Source of the DNA: Leucoraja erinacea | Lineage: Eukaryota | Direction of reading: 5' to 3' | Length of the DNA stretch: 64,000 nucleotides | Assembly (NCBI RefSeq): GCF_028641065.1 | Contig: NC_073382.1 | Coordinates: forward strand, 57,412,001-57,476,000 | In this document: in pieces, positions 47,871 through 61,765 of the stretch | How positions within the stretch are numbered: the first letter of the stretch is position 1 | Layout of the letters: every line of letters begins with the position of its first letter | The notes under the pieces: model-generated | What the model was told of the DNA's origin: nothing | Databases searched by the model: none | The model's input: the letters and a program-made list of their open reading frames with translations, nothing else | Program-made: the position numbers and the translations under genes

Positions 47871-49289
47871 GTTGATTTGCTTCTACTCAGTCTTAGGGGT
47901 TGTATGATGATTGATGCCAAGAATCCACAGGTGGGAGAGGCAGTGTTTGATGGGAAAAATAGTGGATTACATTGGAGTTTCCATCCCTCTTTCCACCGTT
48001 TTTTCTGAGCCTATATGTGTTTCAATGATACTTTATTGTTACAAGTACCTAGGTACAGCACAATTTTTTGTTTTGCATAGAACCTGGTAAAACCATACAG
48101 CAGACCTCACCAAGGCAGTACACAAAGAGTTGCCCCATTTCTGGCGCAGACAAACTCACATCTTTTGTTCTTCTTGTGTGGAAACACAAGCTGCTCCGTG
48201 CTTGTTGGATGTTCCATCTTTTGAGTGTTTTGAGTGTTCACAGACCAGGTTACCCTGTTAGTGAGGATATTTTATTTTCAAGGGGGTTTGAGAACATCCT
48301 CAAAGCATTTTCACCGTCCTAGAAATCTTTTGCTTTGTACAAGCTCGGAGCAGAGAGCTTGCTTCCGGCTTGAATCTGAATTTGAATTTGAATTTTCCTT
48401 TATTGTCATGACCTTACGGTCTGGTGTAACCCACCTGGGGAATGACCTGGGAACAGATTGGTCCACTAATTCAACTCTCAATCTGAAGAAGGGTCTTGAC
48501 CCGAAACATCACCCATTCCTTCTCTCCAGAGATGCTGCATTTCCCGCTGAGCTAATTCAGCATGTTGTGTCTATCTAACGAATTGGGGGATTTAGTTGAG
48601 AGAATCCAGAGGGTGTTCTCCATATTTTCCCTGGTGAAGGAAACATACCTTTTGCAATAGGCTTCTCTTGTGTATGTACTGTAGATAACATCCAGAAACA
48701 GCCACAAACCAGGAATTGGCAGTGAGCAAAGGAAAGTGGTTCAGTATTCCCACGCATTATGGAGGAGGTGTGTTCCTAATGGTCTTGACAAACGCTTGAT
48801 AAAAATGGACAAAAATGCTTGCTTCCGTCACATTTTGCACAAAATTGAGTTGTTTTTCATGGATACTGAAAGTCTCAAATGTTTTAGTTTAGTTTTTAGT
48901 TTTAGACTTACAATGCAAAAACAGGCCCTTCCGCCCACCAAGTCCACGCCGACCAGTGATCCCCGTTCACTAGTTCAATCCTTTACACAAGGGACAGTTT
49001 ACAGAAGTCAATTAACCTACAAACCTGCATGGCTTTGGAATATGGGAGGAAACTGGAGCACCCTACCGCTGCACCTCTGTCCTGCCCTAAATCTTTTGGT
49101 GGTGTTTTGTGAATTCCGTAAGGGTGAATTTTCATTAGCTGAACTGCCATTTTGTGGGAGTACACTGTAATGAGCAAATTTCTGGAGCTGTGGGCTCACA
49201 AGGCTCTTGGTGTTGACACACTTCATCTGAGAGTCTTATCAAGAAATGGCTGGTGAGGTAATTACTCATTGGTTTTATTTTTGTGAACT

Positions 49290-51470
49290 CCCCTATATTG
49301 CGTGCAGTTCCAGCTACTCAGATATAGGAAGGATATGGAGACTTTGGAAAGTGTCCAGAGGAGGATTACCAGAATAATGTCTGATTAAGGATGTTAGCTA
49401 CAAGGAGAGGTTGGAGAGACTTGGATGGTTTTCTCTGGAGGTTGATGGGAGACCTGATAGAACTATATAAAATGATGAGAGGCGGAGATAAGGTAGACAG
49501 CCAGAACCTTTATACTAGGATGGAAATATCAACTATCAGAGGGCACAGCTTTAAGGTGAAAGAGGTAATGTTTAAATGTGAGGGGCAAGTTTTTTTACAT
49601 AAAGAGTAGTACATAAAATTATGAGAGGTATAAGGTAGACAGTCAGAACCTTTTTGCCAGGGTGAAAATATCAAATACTGGAGGGCATAGCTTTAAGGTG
49701 AGAGGAGCAAAGTTTAATGGAGATGTACGGGGCAATCATTTTGTACAGAAGGTGGTGGGTGCTTGGACGCACTGCCAGGGTGGTGGAGGAGGCAGATACG
49801 ATAGTGACATTTAAGAGGCTTTTCGATGGGTACATGTATATGCATGGAATGGAGAGACAGATGCTAAAATAGCAAATGTAACTCGCATTCAAAAAAATAA
49901 AAGAAGCAGAAAGTGGGAAACTACCACTCAGTAAACTTAACATCTGTTATTGGAAAAAATGGTGGAAAATTATTATTGAAGATTTTCTTGTAGGGCACTC
50001 AGAATAAAAATCAAAGTAGTTCGACAAATATAGAACATAGAACAGTACAGCACAGGAATGGCCCCTTCAGCCCACAGTGTTTATGCCATATATGATGCCC
50101 AGTCAAACTGATCTCATCCTCCTCTGCATGATCCATGTCCCTCTATTCCCTGCATTTCCATGGAGCCTTTAATGGAGTTCTTGGAAGATGCAATATGTGC
50201 TGTGGATGAAGAGGAACCAATGGCTTCACTGCACTTAGATGTTCAGGAGGCGTGTTTTCAGGCATCACATCAAAGAAGATCATGGAAAATAAAAGCTCAT
50301 GGTGTAACATATATATTGCTCTGCATAGAAGATTGACTGGCTGGCAGGAAACGATGAGCAAGCATAAATGGGTCTTTCTTGGGTTCAAGTACTATCAAAT
50401 AGTCTGCTAGAGAAATCAGTGCTGGGGCTGCATCACCATTCAATTTGTAGATAAGACTTGGTTGAAGGCATCAAAGGTATGGTTTCTAAATTTGGCTATG
50501 GTAGGAAGATGGATAAGCTAAGTTAGTGGGCAGAGTCGACAAATAGATTACAAAGTATGAAAATTATTGTAAATGTCCATTTTGGCAGGAAAAATAATAA
50601 AAGAAGCATATTATCTGAGTGGTAAATTGCTGAGATGTAGAGGGATCCCGATGTCTTAACAGGGTGGAAAGAATATTTAATTCTTCGGGAGAATCTAGAA
50701 TTAAAATAAATAGGTTAAAAATAATGGGTGGCCCATTTAAAATAGAAATGGGGTTACGGGTGTCAGAGGTTATGGGGACAAGGCAGGAGAATGGGGTTAA
50801 GAGGGAGAGGTAGATCCGCCATGATTGAATGGTGAAGTAGACTACCGGGTTTATTAACCTACCACCAGGTGGTGCTTATACCACATGGTGGCCCTTCGAT
50901 GGCAGTCTTGCCTACAGTCTGTCCTTTTTGGTTTTATTTTTGTTATTTTTAGCGTGTTTAAAAATGATGTGTTAATGTTCTCTGGTTTGTTTTAAGTGTG
51001 GGGTGGACGGGGGGGAGGAGGGGGGGGGCGGATGATACTCCGACCCCCCCCCACAATAAGAGACCAACGTTGGGAAGCTCCAAAACCGCACGACGTTCGA
51101 CTGGCCCCGACCCGGGGTCGATGAGATATCCCCCCGATGCAGCAGCTTGTATGGCAAATCAAATTCCTCGTATGTTACAAAACATATTTGGCTAATAAAG
51201 TATGATTATGATTAGACTTGATGGGCCGAATGGCCTAATACTGTTCTTATCACATGATCTTATGAGGTGAAACTTTGTCTCTCAGAGGATTGCTATCATT
51301 TGGAACCCTCTTCCTCAAAGGCTGTTGAAAGCAGATTCATTGAATATTTTTAAGGGAAAATATTATGTGAAAGGTCATCACTCATGCTTGGTAATGCAGA
51401 ATTGAGGTTACAATCAGATCAGCCAAGGTCTGAGTAGGGTAAGGGGCCATGTGGACCACTAATGACAATT
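49290..51470 (+). mobile_element. Cluster of decayed CR1 fragments
   Basis: GDLIELYKMMRG..RGHSFKV appears twice; tail motifs; an opposite-strand tail at ~50030-50160. Confidence 0.75.
50844..51212 (+). mobile_element. Short non-autonomous retroposon with Rex-like tail and 6-bp TSD
   Basis: TAGACT at 50838-50843 and 51213-51218. GC head, T-rich tract, G-rich tract, AATAAA and (TATGAT)n end. Confidence 0.65.
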
Positions 51471-53129
51471 CAAGCCTGTGGGTTTAATACTTATGACCAC
51501 TGTTTTAAATTTGAGCATAGTCTTCATACATATATACATAACAATAAAATATTTATTTAAAATTGCTGAGTGAATGTTGGCATTTGTACTAGAAATACTA
51601 GACGATTGAGCAACACAACAAAACCTTACAACAGTCCAACACCAATGTGATAATATACTAATCAAGATGATCATTTATTCATTCATCACTCAGGCACTGT
51701 GGTTGTGGTTTTATTTATTTGAATATATATTACTTTATGATGTGAAAATTAGTTATTCGACTGATTAAACAATTGCACATATATTCTTTGACACTGTTAT
51801 ACAATGTGCATCGTGTTGAGCTTGAAATGGTGCTTACAACTGTATATCCACCTTCCTGTCCAATTTGATGTGAAAAAATGTTAAACAAATAATTTTCCTG
51901 TTTGAAGATCAAGCACGACTTTTTCAAATAAGACAGAACTGAACAGATTGCTGGCTGGAATTGATCACTTACAGTAAAGAACGTACAATTAAGAGACAAG
52001 GGAAAAGTGCAGTTTTACATCATAATTCAATATCTTTAACATCCTCATTGTTTACATAGCAATTTATATCTAAATCAATGTTTGCATTTTAACAGTGACA
52101 AAATACCTATTAATATTTAAAACTTTTATTGTTTGTTTTTTTTTCCTAGTGTGTACTTTTGTTCACATTGAATTTGAATAAAAAATGTTTTTTTTTAATG
52201 CAGCCATAGCCACAAAGACTAAACATTCACAATTCATTATTACCAATTAGGGTTCAATATAGTTCTTATCTTAAGTTAATTAGAAGACTACATTGTGCTG
52301 CACCAGATAATGTGACCAAACAGTGGGTTAGCAGCTGTGTGTGTTCAACTGTGACAAGGTCAATTCCTTAGCTCAGTCTCCCAGGTCGTGCCCTGCACCC
52401 GTGGCAGGATCTGACAGTCACAGCTCACAGCCTCCACCTGCTGTGGAGAGAAAGCCTCCAAATTAAATAAATTATATCAATCCCAATTCATGTGAATTCA
52501 TGGATGGTGATAAAAGTCTTATATGTTCATAATGCTCCAGCAAACAGCATTATGGAAAATAAAAATTGAGGAGTGTCAAATAGACATTCATTTGCAAAGA
52601 TTTGGTTGATATTAATTAACACTTTCAGATGATTGCAAACTTGCAATCATCACATCCAGTGAGTGAAATATTTCATGTCAAATTAAGCTCCTTGCTTTAG
52701 TCTTGGTTGTATGTGTTAATTTGTGCAAGGCACCAGTCAAAACTGATGATAAATTGACTAGTAATATTATTCGGCATAATATATTTCTATGCCATTCCTT
52801 TTGTTTTCTGTTTCTTAGTATCATTAATACTAAAGTGACTGAAATGTTTTGTTTATACAATCCTTTACTAATAGTGCAAAAAAAAAAATGCATCCTTCAA
52901 AATTAATACAGTCATCTTGAAGTTAGACATGGTTCATTTCTAACTTTAAAGAACCCAGATATTGGTTTCATGCTAAGAAATGTGATTGCAGTTTGTCATT
53001 GCGCAATGCATTGTCTGACTAGCAATCAAAATAAATGCTAGCATATTGCAATCAGATGGGCTACAATGTGGTCTGTGTAAGCTTACTGTGGGCAGGTAGA
53101 ATAATACAAAATCACCCTGATGAGACTGC

Positions 53130-53372
53130 AAACAATAGACAATAGGTGCAGGAGTAGGCCATTCGGTCCCTTGAGCCAGCACTGCCATTCAATGTGATCA
53201 TGGCTGGTCATCCACAATCAGTACCTCGTTCCTGCCTTCTCCCCATATCCCCTGACTCTGCTATCTTCAAGAGCCTTATCTAGCTCTCTCTTGAAAGTTT
53301 CCAGAGAACCGGCCTCCACCGCCCTCTGAGGCAGAGAATTCCACAGAATCACAACTCTCTGTGTGAAAAACA
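53130..53372 (-). mobile_element. CR1 3' fragment
   Basis: CAATAGACAATAGGTGCAGGAGTAGGCCATTCGG... is the reverse complement of the tail at 11400-11605. Confidence 0.9.
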
Positions 53373-54559
53373 GAAACATGTCTCAATCCTGTATGTTTAT
53401 TACTATTTAAAACATTTAAAATTTTAATATCATATATTTGTCTGAGTATTTTCTGTGACGGAATTATAAAGTTGGTATTGTGATCAATGAACCTTCAATA
53501 TTGTCAATCTCAGTCACACAGTCAAACTTGCTTCTCTATTGTCAGTTTTGACAATAACACCCACCTACAAAAAAAATTGGAAATTCTGATGTCACTTTTT
53601 TTTCATATGGTGTGTGGGTGTTATTGTCAAAACTGGGATTTTGTTTGCTCAACTCTTATTGCTACTGAGAAAATAGTGGTGAGCTGCTCAAGTTAATGTG
53701 TGATAAGAAATCCTATGTTACTGTCAGGAAGAGTGTTCATGCAAGTGTACTTGTAATAATGAAGGATCAACACGATATCTCCACGTTGGAATGTTGTTTA
53801 ATTTGAAGAGGAACTCTCTGGCTTTTGTGTTCCCACGTGCCTGCTTGTCATCATCCTTCTTGAGGCTAAATATTATGTGTTTGCAAAGAATAGCTCAGGT
53901 GAGCGCCCTGCCACTGTGTATTTGTGGCAAAGGTGATGAAGGCTCAAGGTGGCGGTAAGATGGCAATCAAGTAGGAAGCTCAGTTCTCAATGTTCTACAC
54001 TCATCCACAGGGCGGCATGGTGGCTTGTACGTGAGTTAGTACGTTCTCCCCCCCCCTGACCGTGTGCGTTTTCTCTGAGATCTTTGGTTTCCTCCCACAC
54101 TCCAAAGACGTACAGTTTGTAGGTTAATTGGCTTGGTATAAATGTAAAAATTGTCCCTATTGTGTAGGACCGCATTAATGAATCACTGGTTGGCGCGGAC
54201 TCGGTGGTCCGAAGGGCCTGTTCCCACGCTGTATCTCTAAACTAAACAAGTGGAAAGTCTTCTGTCATGGTTTTAATTAGTGTCATGTAGATAGTGGGTT
54301 TAGTCATTCAAAGTAGAATACAAGGATCTGACATATTATGACTGCAAAAGTCTTAGCAGTTATTCCAGTTGGGTTATGAATAGATAGTAAAAGAATAGAT
54401 AATAAAATAGGTGTTGATCATGGTGGATTCAGGAATGGAAATGCTGTTGAATAACAAGGAGAGATACATAATTATCCTTTTAGGTTTAGGTTTATTATTG
54501 TCATGTGTACCGAGGTATAGTGAAAATCTTTGTATTGCATGTTCCAAACAGATACTGTA

Positions 54560-54845
54560 GAAACAAAGAACTACATATGCTGGTTAATACAAAAAAGGAT
54601 ACAAAGGACTGGAGTAACTCAGTGGGTCAGGCAGCATCTCAGGAGAACATGGATAGGTGACATGTCAGGATGAGACCCTTCTTCAGACTGAGCACGCTAC
54701 CATTGTGTATTCAGATTGTCTGAAGAAGGGTCCCGACCCGAAATGCCACCTATCCTTTTCCTCCAGTGATGCTGCCTGACCCACTGAGTTACTCCAGCAC
54801 TTTGTGTCTATTTGATTTAAACCAACACCTGCAGTTCTTTATTTC
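54560..54845. mobile_element. Head-to-head Penelope-derived palindrome
   Basis: Arms 54560-54690 and 54715-54845 are reverse complements; each has a CTGAAGAAGGG...GA(A/C)A core. Confidence 0.8.
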
Positions 54846-55839
54846 TACTAGGTTAGGTTTGTTATTATCACGTATATTGAGGTACAGTGAAAGCTTTGTT
54901 CGCATGCTATCCAATCAAATCAGATAATACTATACATGTAAACAATATAATAAACAAAAAAAGGTTGTTTTTTTTAATATATATTTTTCTGTTTAGTTTA
55001 TTGTCACATGTACCAAGATACAGTAAAAAGCTTTTGTTGCGTGCTAACCAGCCAGCAGAAAGACAGTACATGATTACGATCAAGCCATCCACAGTGTACA
55101 GATACATGATAAATGGAATAACATGAATAACGTTTAGTGCAAGATAAAGTCCAGTAAAGTCAAAGATAGACCGAGGGTCTCCAATGAGGTAGATAGTAGT
55201 TCAGGACTGCTCTCTACAGGCACATAAAAACAAAAAACAAACAAAAAATAAATAAAAAAACAAATGCCCCCAATTCTATGTAGTTCAGAGTTCATTTGGA
55301 GGTTGTAGTGTTTAATAGCCTGATGGTCTTGCTGATGATTGGGAGTAGACTGATGATGCAGTAATTGCGCAAATTGAATTTGTTCTGTTCTATAGGAAAG
55401 GCCAGTACTGGGCAGTTTCACACGTTCCCAGGTGGACATCAATATTGTAGCTATACTGAATGACTTGGCTGAAGAAGCAACTAATCCTGGAGCACAATCT
55501 TCAGCAGGATGTTGCTGAGCTCTGCTAGCCAGTGCTCTCGGCTGATTCAAATCACACCAAGCAGGCGTTTGTGAAGGCATGAGGGGATGGTGAGATCAAG
55601 TATCCAAGCAGAACTGTTCGCTGAAGTTATTTATAAATAACTTGGCCTTCTCTTTTTCACTTCCATTAATGTTCACGATCCTCCTCCTAACAATGTTTTG
55701 TTTTAATTTAACATCAACATTCGCGGGTGAACATAACATTAGTTAAGTGCTTGGATCTATTACATTGATTATGTGATCACTTTGCTTTAGCATATTACTC
55801 CTGCTGTTGAACATTTAAATGGCCATATTTTGCAAGACG

Positions 55840-56535
55840 TTAGCGAGACCAAGAAATGTGTTCAGTTTTGGTCACCCTGCCATAGGAAAGATCTCATGAA
55901 GTTGGACAGGGTACAGAGAAGTGTGTAGGAAAGAACTGCTGGTGCTGGTTTATACCTAGGATAGACACAAAGTGCTGGAGCAACTCAGTGGGTCAGGCAG
56001 CATCTCTGGAGAAAAGGATTAGGTGACATTTCGGGTCGGATCCCTTCAGACTGAAAGTAAAGGGGGGCAACTAGAGGTAGGGCCCTTGTTCATCAGGTTA
56101 CAGGTACAATGTACAAGGATGTTGTCAGAACTCCAGTGCTTGTTGCAGGAGAGGTTGGTCAAACTCGGACTTTAGTGCAGGAGAGCAGGAAGCCAAGGGG
56201 TGATCTTATAAAGGTGTATAATATCATGAGGGAAATAGATTGGGTGAATGCACAGAATCTTTTTCCCAGGGAGGGTAATCAAGAACTGGAGGGCAAAGGT
56301 TTAAGATGAGAAAGGATAGAGTTAATTAGAACCTGAAGGGCAACTTTTTCACACAGAGGGACGTGATACAATAACAACATTTAAAATACATTTGGACAGG
56401 TGCATGGGCAGGGAAGGTTTAGAGGTGAATGGACCAAATGCAGATAAATGGGACTAACCTAGATAGAGCATCTATGTTGGGATAGACAAAATGGGCCGAA
56501 GGGCCTGTTTCCATGGTGTATGACTCTATGACATT
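55840..56535 (+). mobile_element. CR1 3' fragment with nested Penelope-derived unit (~55922-56055)
   Basis: RGDLIKVYNIMR; tail GGGCCGAAGGGCCTGTTTCC...(GACTCTAT). Confidence 0.8.
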
Positions 56536-56827
56536 GTCTTATCAGATTAGTATTAGCACTGCATCTTCAGGCAAGGCTATCGCTGTTCTTGGCATTCCCC
56601 ATTGAAACATGGTTAATTCCTTGGTTTGCTGATAACACCAAAGTTGCTAATATATCTGGACCACGTGGTATAATGTAGTCCTCAGCTGCTGATGGCCTAT
56701 GGCACCTCATGAACAGCTCATTCTGAGCCAGCAGATCTGCTCTGAATATAACATAGCATGGTCCTTTTGCCAGATATTAGAAGATGTTATCACAGTAAGA
56801 AACTGAGAACACAAAGTGAAAATTCTG

Positions 56828-58275
56828 GGTGGCACAGTGGCACAACGGTAGAGTTGCCACTTTACAATGCCAGAGATCCGGGTTCGATCCCGACTATGGG
56901 TGCTCTCTGTATGGAGTTGGTACGTTCTCACTGTGACCATGTGGATTTTCTCCAGGTTCTCCAGTTTCCTCCAGCACTCCAAAGACGTACAGGTTTGTAA
57001 GTTAACTGGCTTCAGTGAATTGTAAAATTGTCCCTAGTGTGCATGGGTTAATATACGGGGTGATCGCTGATCGGCTTGGACTCGGTGGCTTCTGCACTGT
57101 ATCTATAAACTAAACTAAACTAAACTAAAGCATTTAAGAATACAAATTAGGACCATGAACTTTCCACCTCAGTAGGGAGCAAATTTCTTACTCAGTCATT
57201 CTAAAAGATGCCAGTCTATAATAGAGAAAGAGAAATAATGTATTGTAGTTAGGTTTCTACAGTCCAGTTCTGCTCCAGCTTCAATTAATCGTTTTTGAAG
57301 TACTTCCTCCACATACCAACTCTACCTTTTCTGTAGTTTATTCAATAAACATGCTATTCTCACTTTCTAGTTCTTCCCAGGTTCACCGCTTTGTATGTTT
57401 GATTGAAAGATACAGAATGGAAACAGGTCCTTTGGTTCACCAAATCCACAATGACCATCAATCACCCGTTCATACTAGTTCTATGTTATCACATTTTCAC
57501 ATTTACTCCCTACACACCAGGGGCAATTTACAGAGACTAATTAACCTACAAACCAGTATATCTTTGGCATGTCGACGGAAACCGGGGCACCTGGGGAAAA
57601 CCACGCAGTCACAGGGAGAACGTGCAAATTCCACACAGACTGCACACAACGTCAGGATCGAACCCGAGTATCTGGCACTTTGGGTCAGCAGCTCTCCCAG
57701 CCACTGGGTCTCTCTGGGCCACTGTGCCACCCTATTTGTGTTCTCCAGTGCTGATTACTGAAGTGGTGACAATATTCCTTAATTGTCATAAAATGTAAAG
57801 AAACTCAGAATAAAAATCAAGCATCTTTGTATGTTTAGCAAAGATTACATGGCTGTATTAACAGGAAAGATTAGGAAAAATCTATTTTTTTTACAGAAAG
57901 TTATCCAATTATTCACTAACCTTGTGTATTATTATTATTAGATTTAGAAAAAATCTATCTGGCCGGCACAGCGGTACAGTTGCTGCCTTACGGCGCCAGA
58001 GACCCAGGTTCCCTCCTGACTACAGATACTATCTGTACAGAGTTTGTACATTCTCCCTCAAGTAGGTTTTCTCCAGGAGCTCCGGTTTCCTCCCACACTC
58101 CAAAGATATACAGGTTTATAGGCTAATTGGCTTCGTAAAATTTACATTTGAATTTGTCCCTGAAAATCAGAAATTGTCCCCAGTGTGTGTAGGATAGTGT
58201 TAGTTTGAGGGGATCACTGGTTGGTGTGGACTCGGTGGGCCAAAGAGGATGTTTCCATGCTGTATCTCTAAACTA
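56828..58275. mobile_element. Three HE1-like SINEs: 56828-57130(+), 57395-57732(-), 57960-58275(+)
   Basis: Head, B-box and tail motifs in each. Further copies at 39820-39960(-), 48885-49060(-), 54010-54248(+) and 59440-59730(-). Confidence 0.85.
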
Positions 58276-58869
58276 CTGTATCTGAATTATGTGTTAAGTT
58301 TTCTTTTTCAAATATGGTTGTGAAAAACCATGAAATGCAATTTTCCTTTTTTTGTTTTAATCACGCACGCTTGTCTATGGAAAGAGAAAAGACTGCTGTG
58401 TGTGCGCAGATGGGATTTAGCAGGACTAAATGGAGAAGGTGAATATAAGCCCAGTGATGCTGCCAGAAGCTGTCAGGTGGCATCGAAGTACCTGTCAGTT
58501 TGCCTCCTGCTGCAATTACAGGCTAATGCAGTGAGTTAGAAATAACTGAAGAGCATTGCTCCCACAGGCTCAAGTTTCAAAGACAACACAGAATGGTATT
58601 CTCACTGATCATCGAGGGTGACCTCAAACTGCAATACTTTCAGCATAAACTCCCTCCAAATTGCCATAGTACTTTGGTGACTGGAAACATTTGAATGTCG
58701 AAGTTGGCACAGCATTGGATCAGCTCTGCCTTCTGAAACTGAGAGGCAGGCCATTGATTTTCAGGCCTTGCCATCTCTTGACTTAATTGGATTCAATAGT
58801 TAGAGTGGACCAAACTTGAAAAATCTCCCATGTTCTGAATATCACTATGCATGTGTTTCTATTTCATGT

Positions 58870-59180
58870 TCATAAGTCATACGAGTAGAATTACGCTGTT
58901 TGACCCATCAAGTTTACTCAGCCATTCCATCATGGCCGATCTATCTTTCCCTCTCAACCCTATTCTCCTACCTTCTCCCTGAACCTTTGACGCCCTCACT
59001 CTCCACTTTGAAAATACACTATATATTGGCCTCCAGAGCCATCTGTGACAATGAATTCTTGGAAGATTCACCACCCTTTGACTAAAGAAATTCCTTCTTA
59101 TTTCCTATCTAAAGGTACGTCCTTTTTTTCTGAGTCCGTAGCCTCTGGTCTTAGACTCTCCCATTAGTGGAAACATCCTT
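58870..59180 (-). mobile_element. CR1 3' fragment
   Basis: Same family as 20950-21297. Confidence 0.8.
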
Positions 59181-59859
59181 TTGTTGTCTGTTCTCCAGTT
59201 CTGAAATTATCCTAAATACAAATTTCTAGCACCAATTGCTTGACCAGGCTAGTTTGACTATTTCCTAATCAAGGGCAGCACCTGCATGGAAATAGCACCA
59301 GCACTAAGATTTGCAAAATGCAATTGGTTGTTCATTGTCATTGGTTTCATACCCTGCATCACCACACCCAAGACCACTGTGGGCCACTCTCACCATGCGG
59401 AGAGCAACTGTTCAAGAAGGCAGCTCACTGCTATCTTTACTTTACACTTTAAAGATACAGCTCTGTTTAGTCCACTGATTCTGCAGCGATCACACCGTAC
59501 ACTAGCCTTAATCATACACTCGGGACAATATACAATTTTTACCTATATCTGTACGTCTTTGGAGTGTGGGAGGAAACAGGAGCACCCGGAGAAAACTAAT
59601 GTGGTTACAGGGAGAATGTACAAACTCCATACAGATAGCATCCATAGTCAGGATCATACCCGGGTCTCTTGCTCTGTAAGGCAGCATCTCCACCGTTGTG
59701 CCACTGTGTCAACCTGCTGCACCACTGTGCTGTCGCAGTTTCTCCAGCGCTATACATCATGGGCAATAAATGCTGACCATGCCAGAAAAGTCCAGATCCC
59801 ATCAATTAATTTATTTTCAAAATGCTGCAAGCTTTTGTTTCCTCTGTCTGCCATCTACT

Positions 59860-60727
59860 TCAATCAATCAATCAATCAGATTTATTCATCACATACACAA
59901 TAAAGTGCAGTGAAATGAACTTGCCAGCAGCGGTACAATCAAAAAGAACACACAATACACAATAAAAATTTAACACAAACATCCACCAGAGCATTCTTCA
60001 CTGTGGTGGAAGGCACAAAGTACAGTCAGCCCTCCTCCATTGTTCCCCCATGGTCGGGGCCATAAACCTCTGCAGTCGCCGCTGCAGGCGGCCAGATGTA
60101 CAGGCTCTCTCGTCTGAAGTAAATCACGAATCGGCGCTTCCCTACCGGACTTCAAGATGTTGTAGGCCGCAGGTCGGCAGTCGGATCTCTTCTCCTGGGA
60201 TCCCTGGCGAGTGATCCCTCTCCAGATGGTAACTCCACGCCGTGGCTAGAAGCTCCGCAGACCGCAGCTTCAAGATGTTGTAGGCCGCGGACCGGCGGTC
60301 GGAGCTCTTCTCCTCCAGGGATCCCCAACGAGGGATCCCAGGCTCCGGACGCCGCGCCCGTGGCTAGAAGCTCCACAGACCGTGGATTCAGGCTGAACAG
60401 TCCGTGGGACAGTGATCTGAGCACTACCTTCTGGTGAACCCGGCATGGGTTTGCCCCGCTCCACAATGAAAAAAAGTCCACGCTGCACCTGCTGCTGAAG
60501 CTCTGGGCCTGACCCCGGGAAAGGCCGCACCAATCCATGGTTTTAGGCCACAAGGGAGGTGACATGGAAAAAGTTGGTTCCCCCCTTTCCCCCCTCACCA
60601 TCCTCCACACTAGACACACCAAGAAACATTAAAACATACATTTGGACATACTGAAAAAACCCCAAAAAAGTAGAAATTACGAACATGCTGCTGGCAAGGC
60701 AGTCATCTCACAGCGCCCCCACCGACT
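59860..60727 (-). mobile_element. GC-rich non-autonomous retroposon with Rex-like tail and internal ~118-bp tandem dimer
   Basis: (TCAA)n + TTTATT tail at left; CACTGTGGTGGAAGGCACAAAG resembles the reverse of 46335-46355; CTTCAAGATGTTGTAGGCCGC units at 60150 and 60268. Confidence 0.7.
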
Positions 60728-60920
60728 TTTAATGCTTTCTTGTGGCAGTTCTTGGCAAAAGTAGGGATAGTTGTGATTTTAAATTTAAGTTAGTTTCAAA
60801 TAAAGTTAGTAACAAATAAAGTTATTAACAAATAAAGATAGTTTCTTTGCAGAAAGTTCCAGGTTTAATTGCAACCTATTTAATTGTCGAAGTGCCAAGT
60901 AAAAAATTCCTTTAAATGCT

Positions 60921-61075
60921 GTTGGTTGCTTATATGGTTCACCCTTATGTGGTCAATCGGAAAACAATTCAGCTGTAAAATCATGTTGGTTGCATTATTT
61001 GGTTCACCCTTATGTGGTCAATCGGAACAGGACAATTCAGCTGTACCAATCATGGTTACGACGTGCATTATTTGT
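60921..61075. repeat. ~64-bp tandem duplication
   Basis: TGGTTCACCCTTATGTGGTCAATCGGAA...ACAATTCAGCTGTA occurs twice. Confidence 0.9.
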
Positions 61076-61464
61076 GTTTGTTTCTGATGCTGTGAGTTAA
61101 AGCAAGTCAGTATCATAACTATAGGAGAGGCATAAATTTCCCCCAAGCCCAAATATACCATAAAATGGCATGAGAAATAATTTATAATTTAATTAATCTA
61201 AACATAGATTTCCAGCCCATACCACCATCCAAATGCAACTCGTTTTAGTTACTAAGCCCGACTTGTGCCTCCATCTATGTTGCTTTTATTTTGGCTTAAA
61301 TCACTTACTTGGCAACTGACCAAAAATTCCAAAAGTACAATTTCAATCCAATATTCTTTATTTGTATACTCTGAACTCGATCCTGGAAAAAATTCAAGGT
61401 CCGGTGGATTAGTCACGGGTCCGGGGGGAGTTTGACCTGCACTTTTTAAACAGTACATCACCGG

Positions 61465-61765
61465 GATAGTACATCACTGTTCATGGCCGTGGACTCAATG
61501 ACCGTGGGGGTCCAACCTTGGATTTCAGACTCGGTATTAAAATGAACTCATCATCGGCCTGGGGCTTGGACATCGTGAGAGACACGGAGAACAGGGGAGA
61601 GAAAAGACTTTGCCTTCAATCACAGTGGCTTCACTGTGATGGATTTTGTGTGAATTTAATTATGTGTATGTCTGTAAGACAGTGTCTTTGTTTGTATGGC
61701 TGTGGAAACAACATTTCGTTTGAGTCTCACTGGGGCTCAAATGATAATAAATTTGTATTGTATTT
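61465..61765 (+). mobile_element. 5'-truncated relative of the 45654 retroposon
   Basis: GGACATCG..GAGA...TTTGCCTTCAATCACAG...TGTATGGCTG..GAAAC..CATTTC, then hairpin, AATAAA and (TTGTA)n. Confidence 0.7.

Larger units (their letters stand above)
53610..56760 (-). mobile_element. Very old CR1/L2-group LINE relic, shattered by younger insertions
   Basis: Collinear remnants at ~53610-54000, 54250-54480, 55330-55830 (TTGTAGCTATACTGAA...CTGGAGCACAATCTTCAG) and 56560-56760 (GCTGCTGATGGCC...CCTCATG). Recalled similarity only. Confidence 0.45.

Noticed and set aside
59286-59903. 205-aa ORF
   Set aside because: Reads through an antisense SINE; no domain or coding signature.
61385-61445. Possible Tc1/Tigger-like terminal inverted repeat
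   Set aside because: No partner TIR or TA duplication found in the window.
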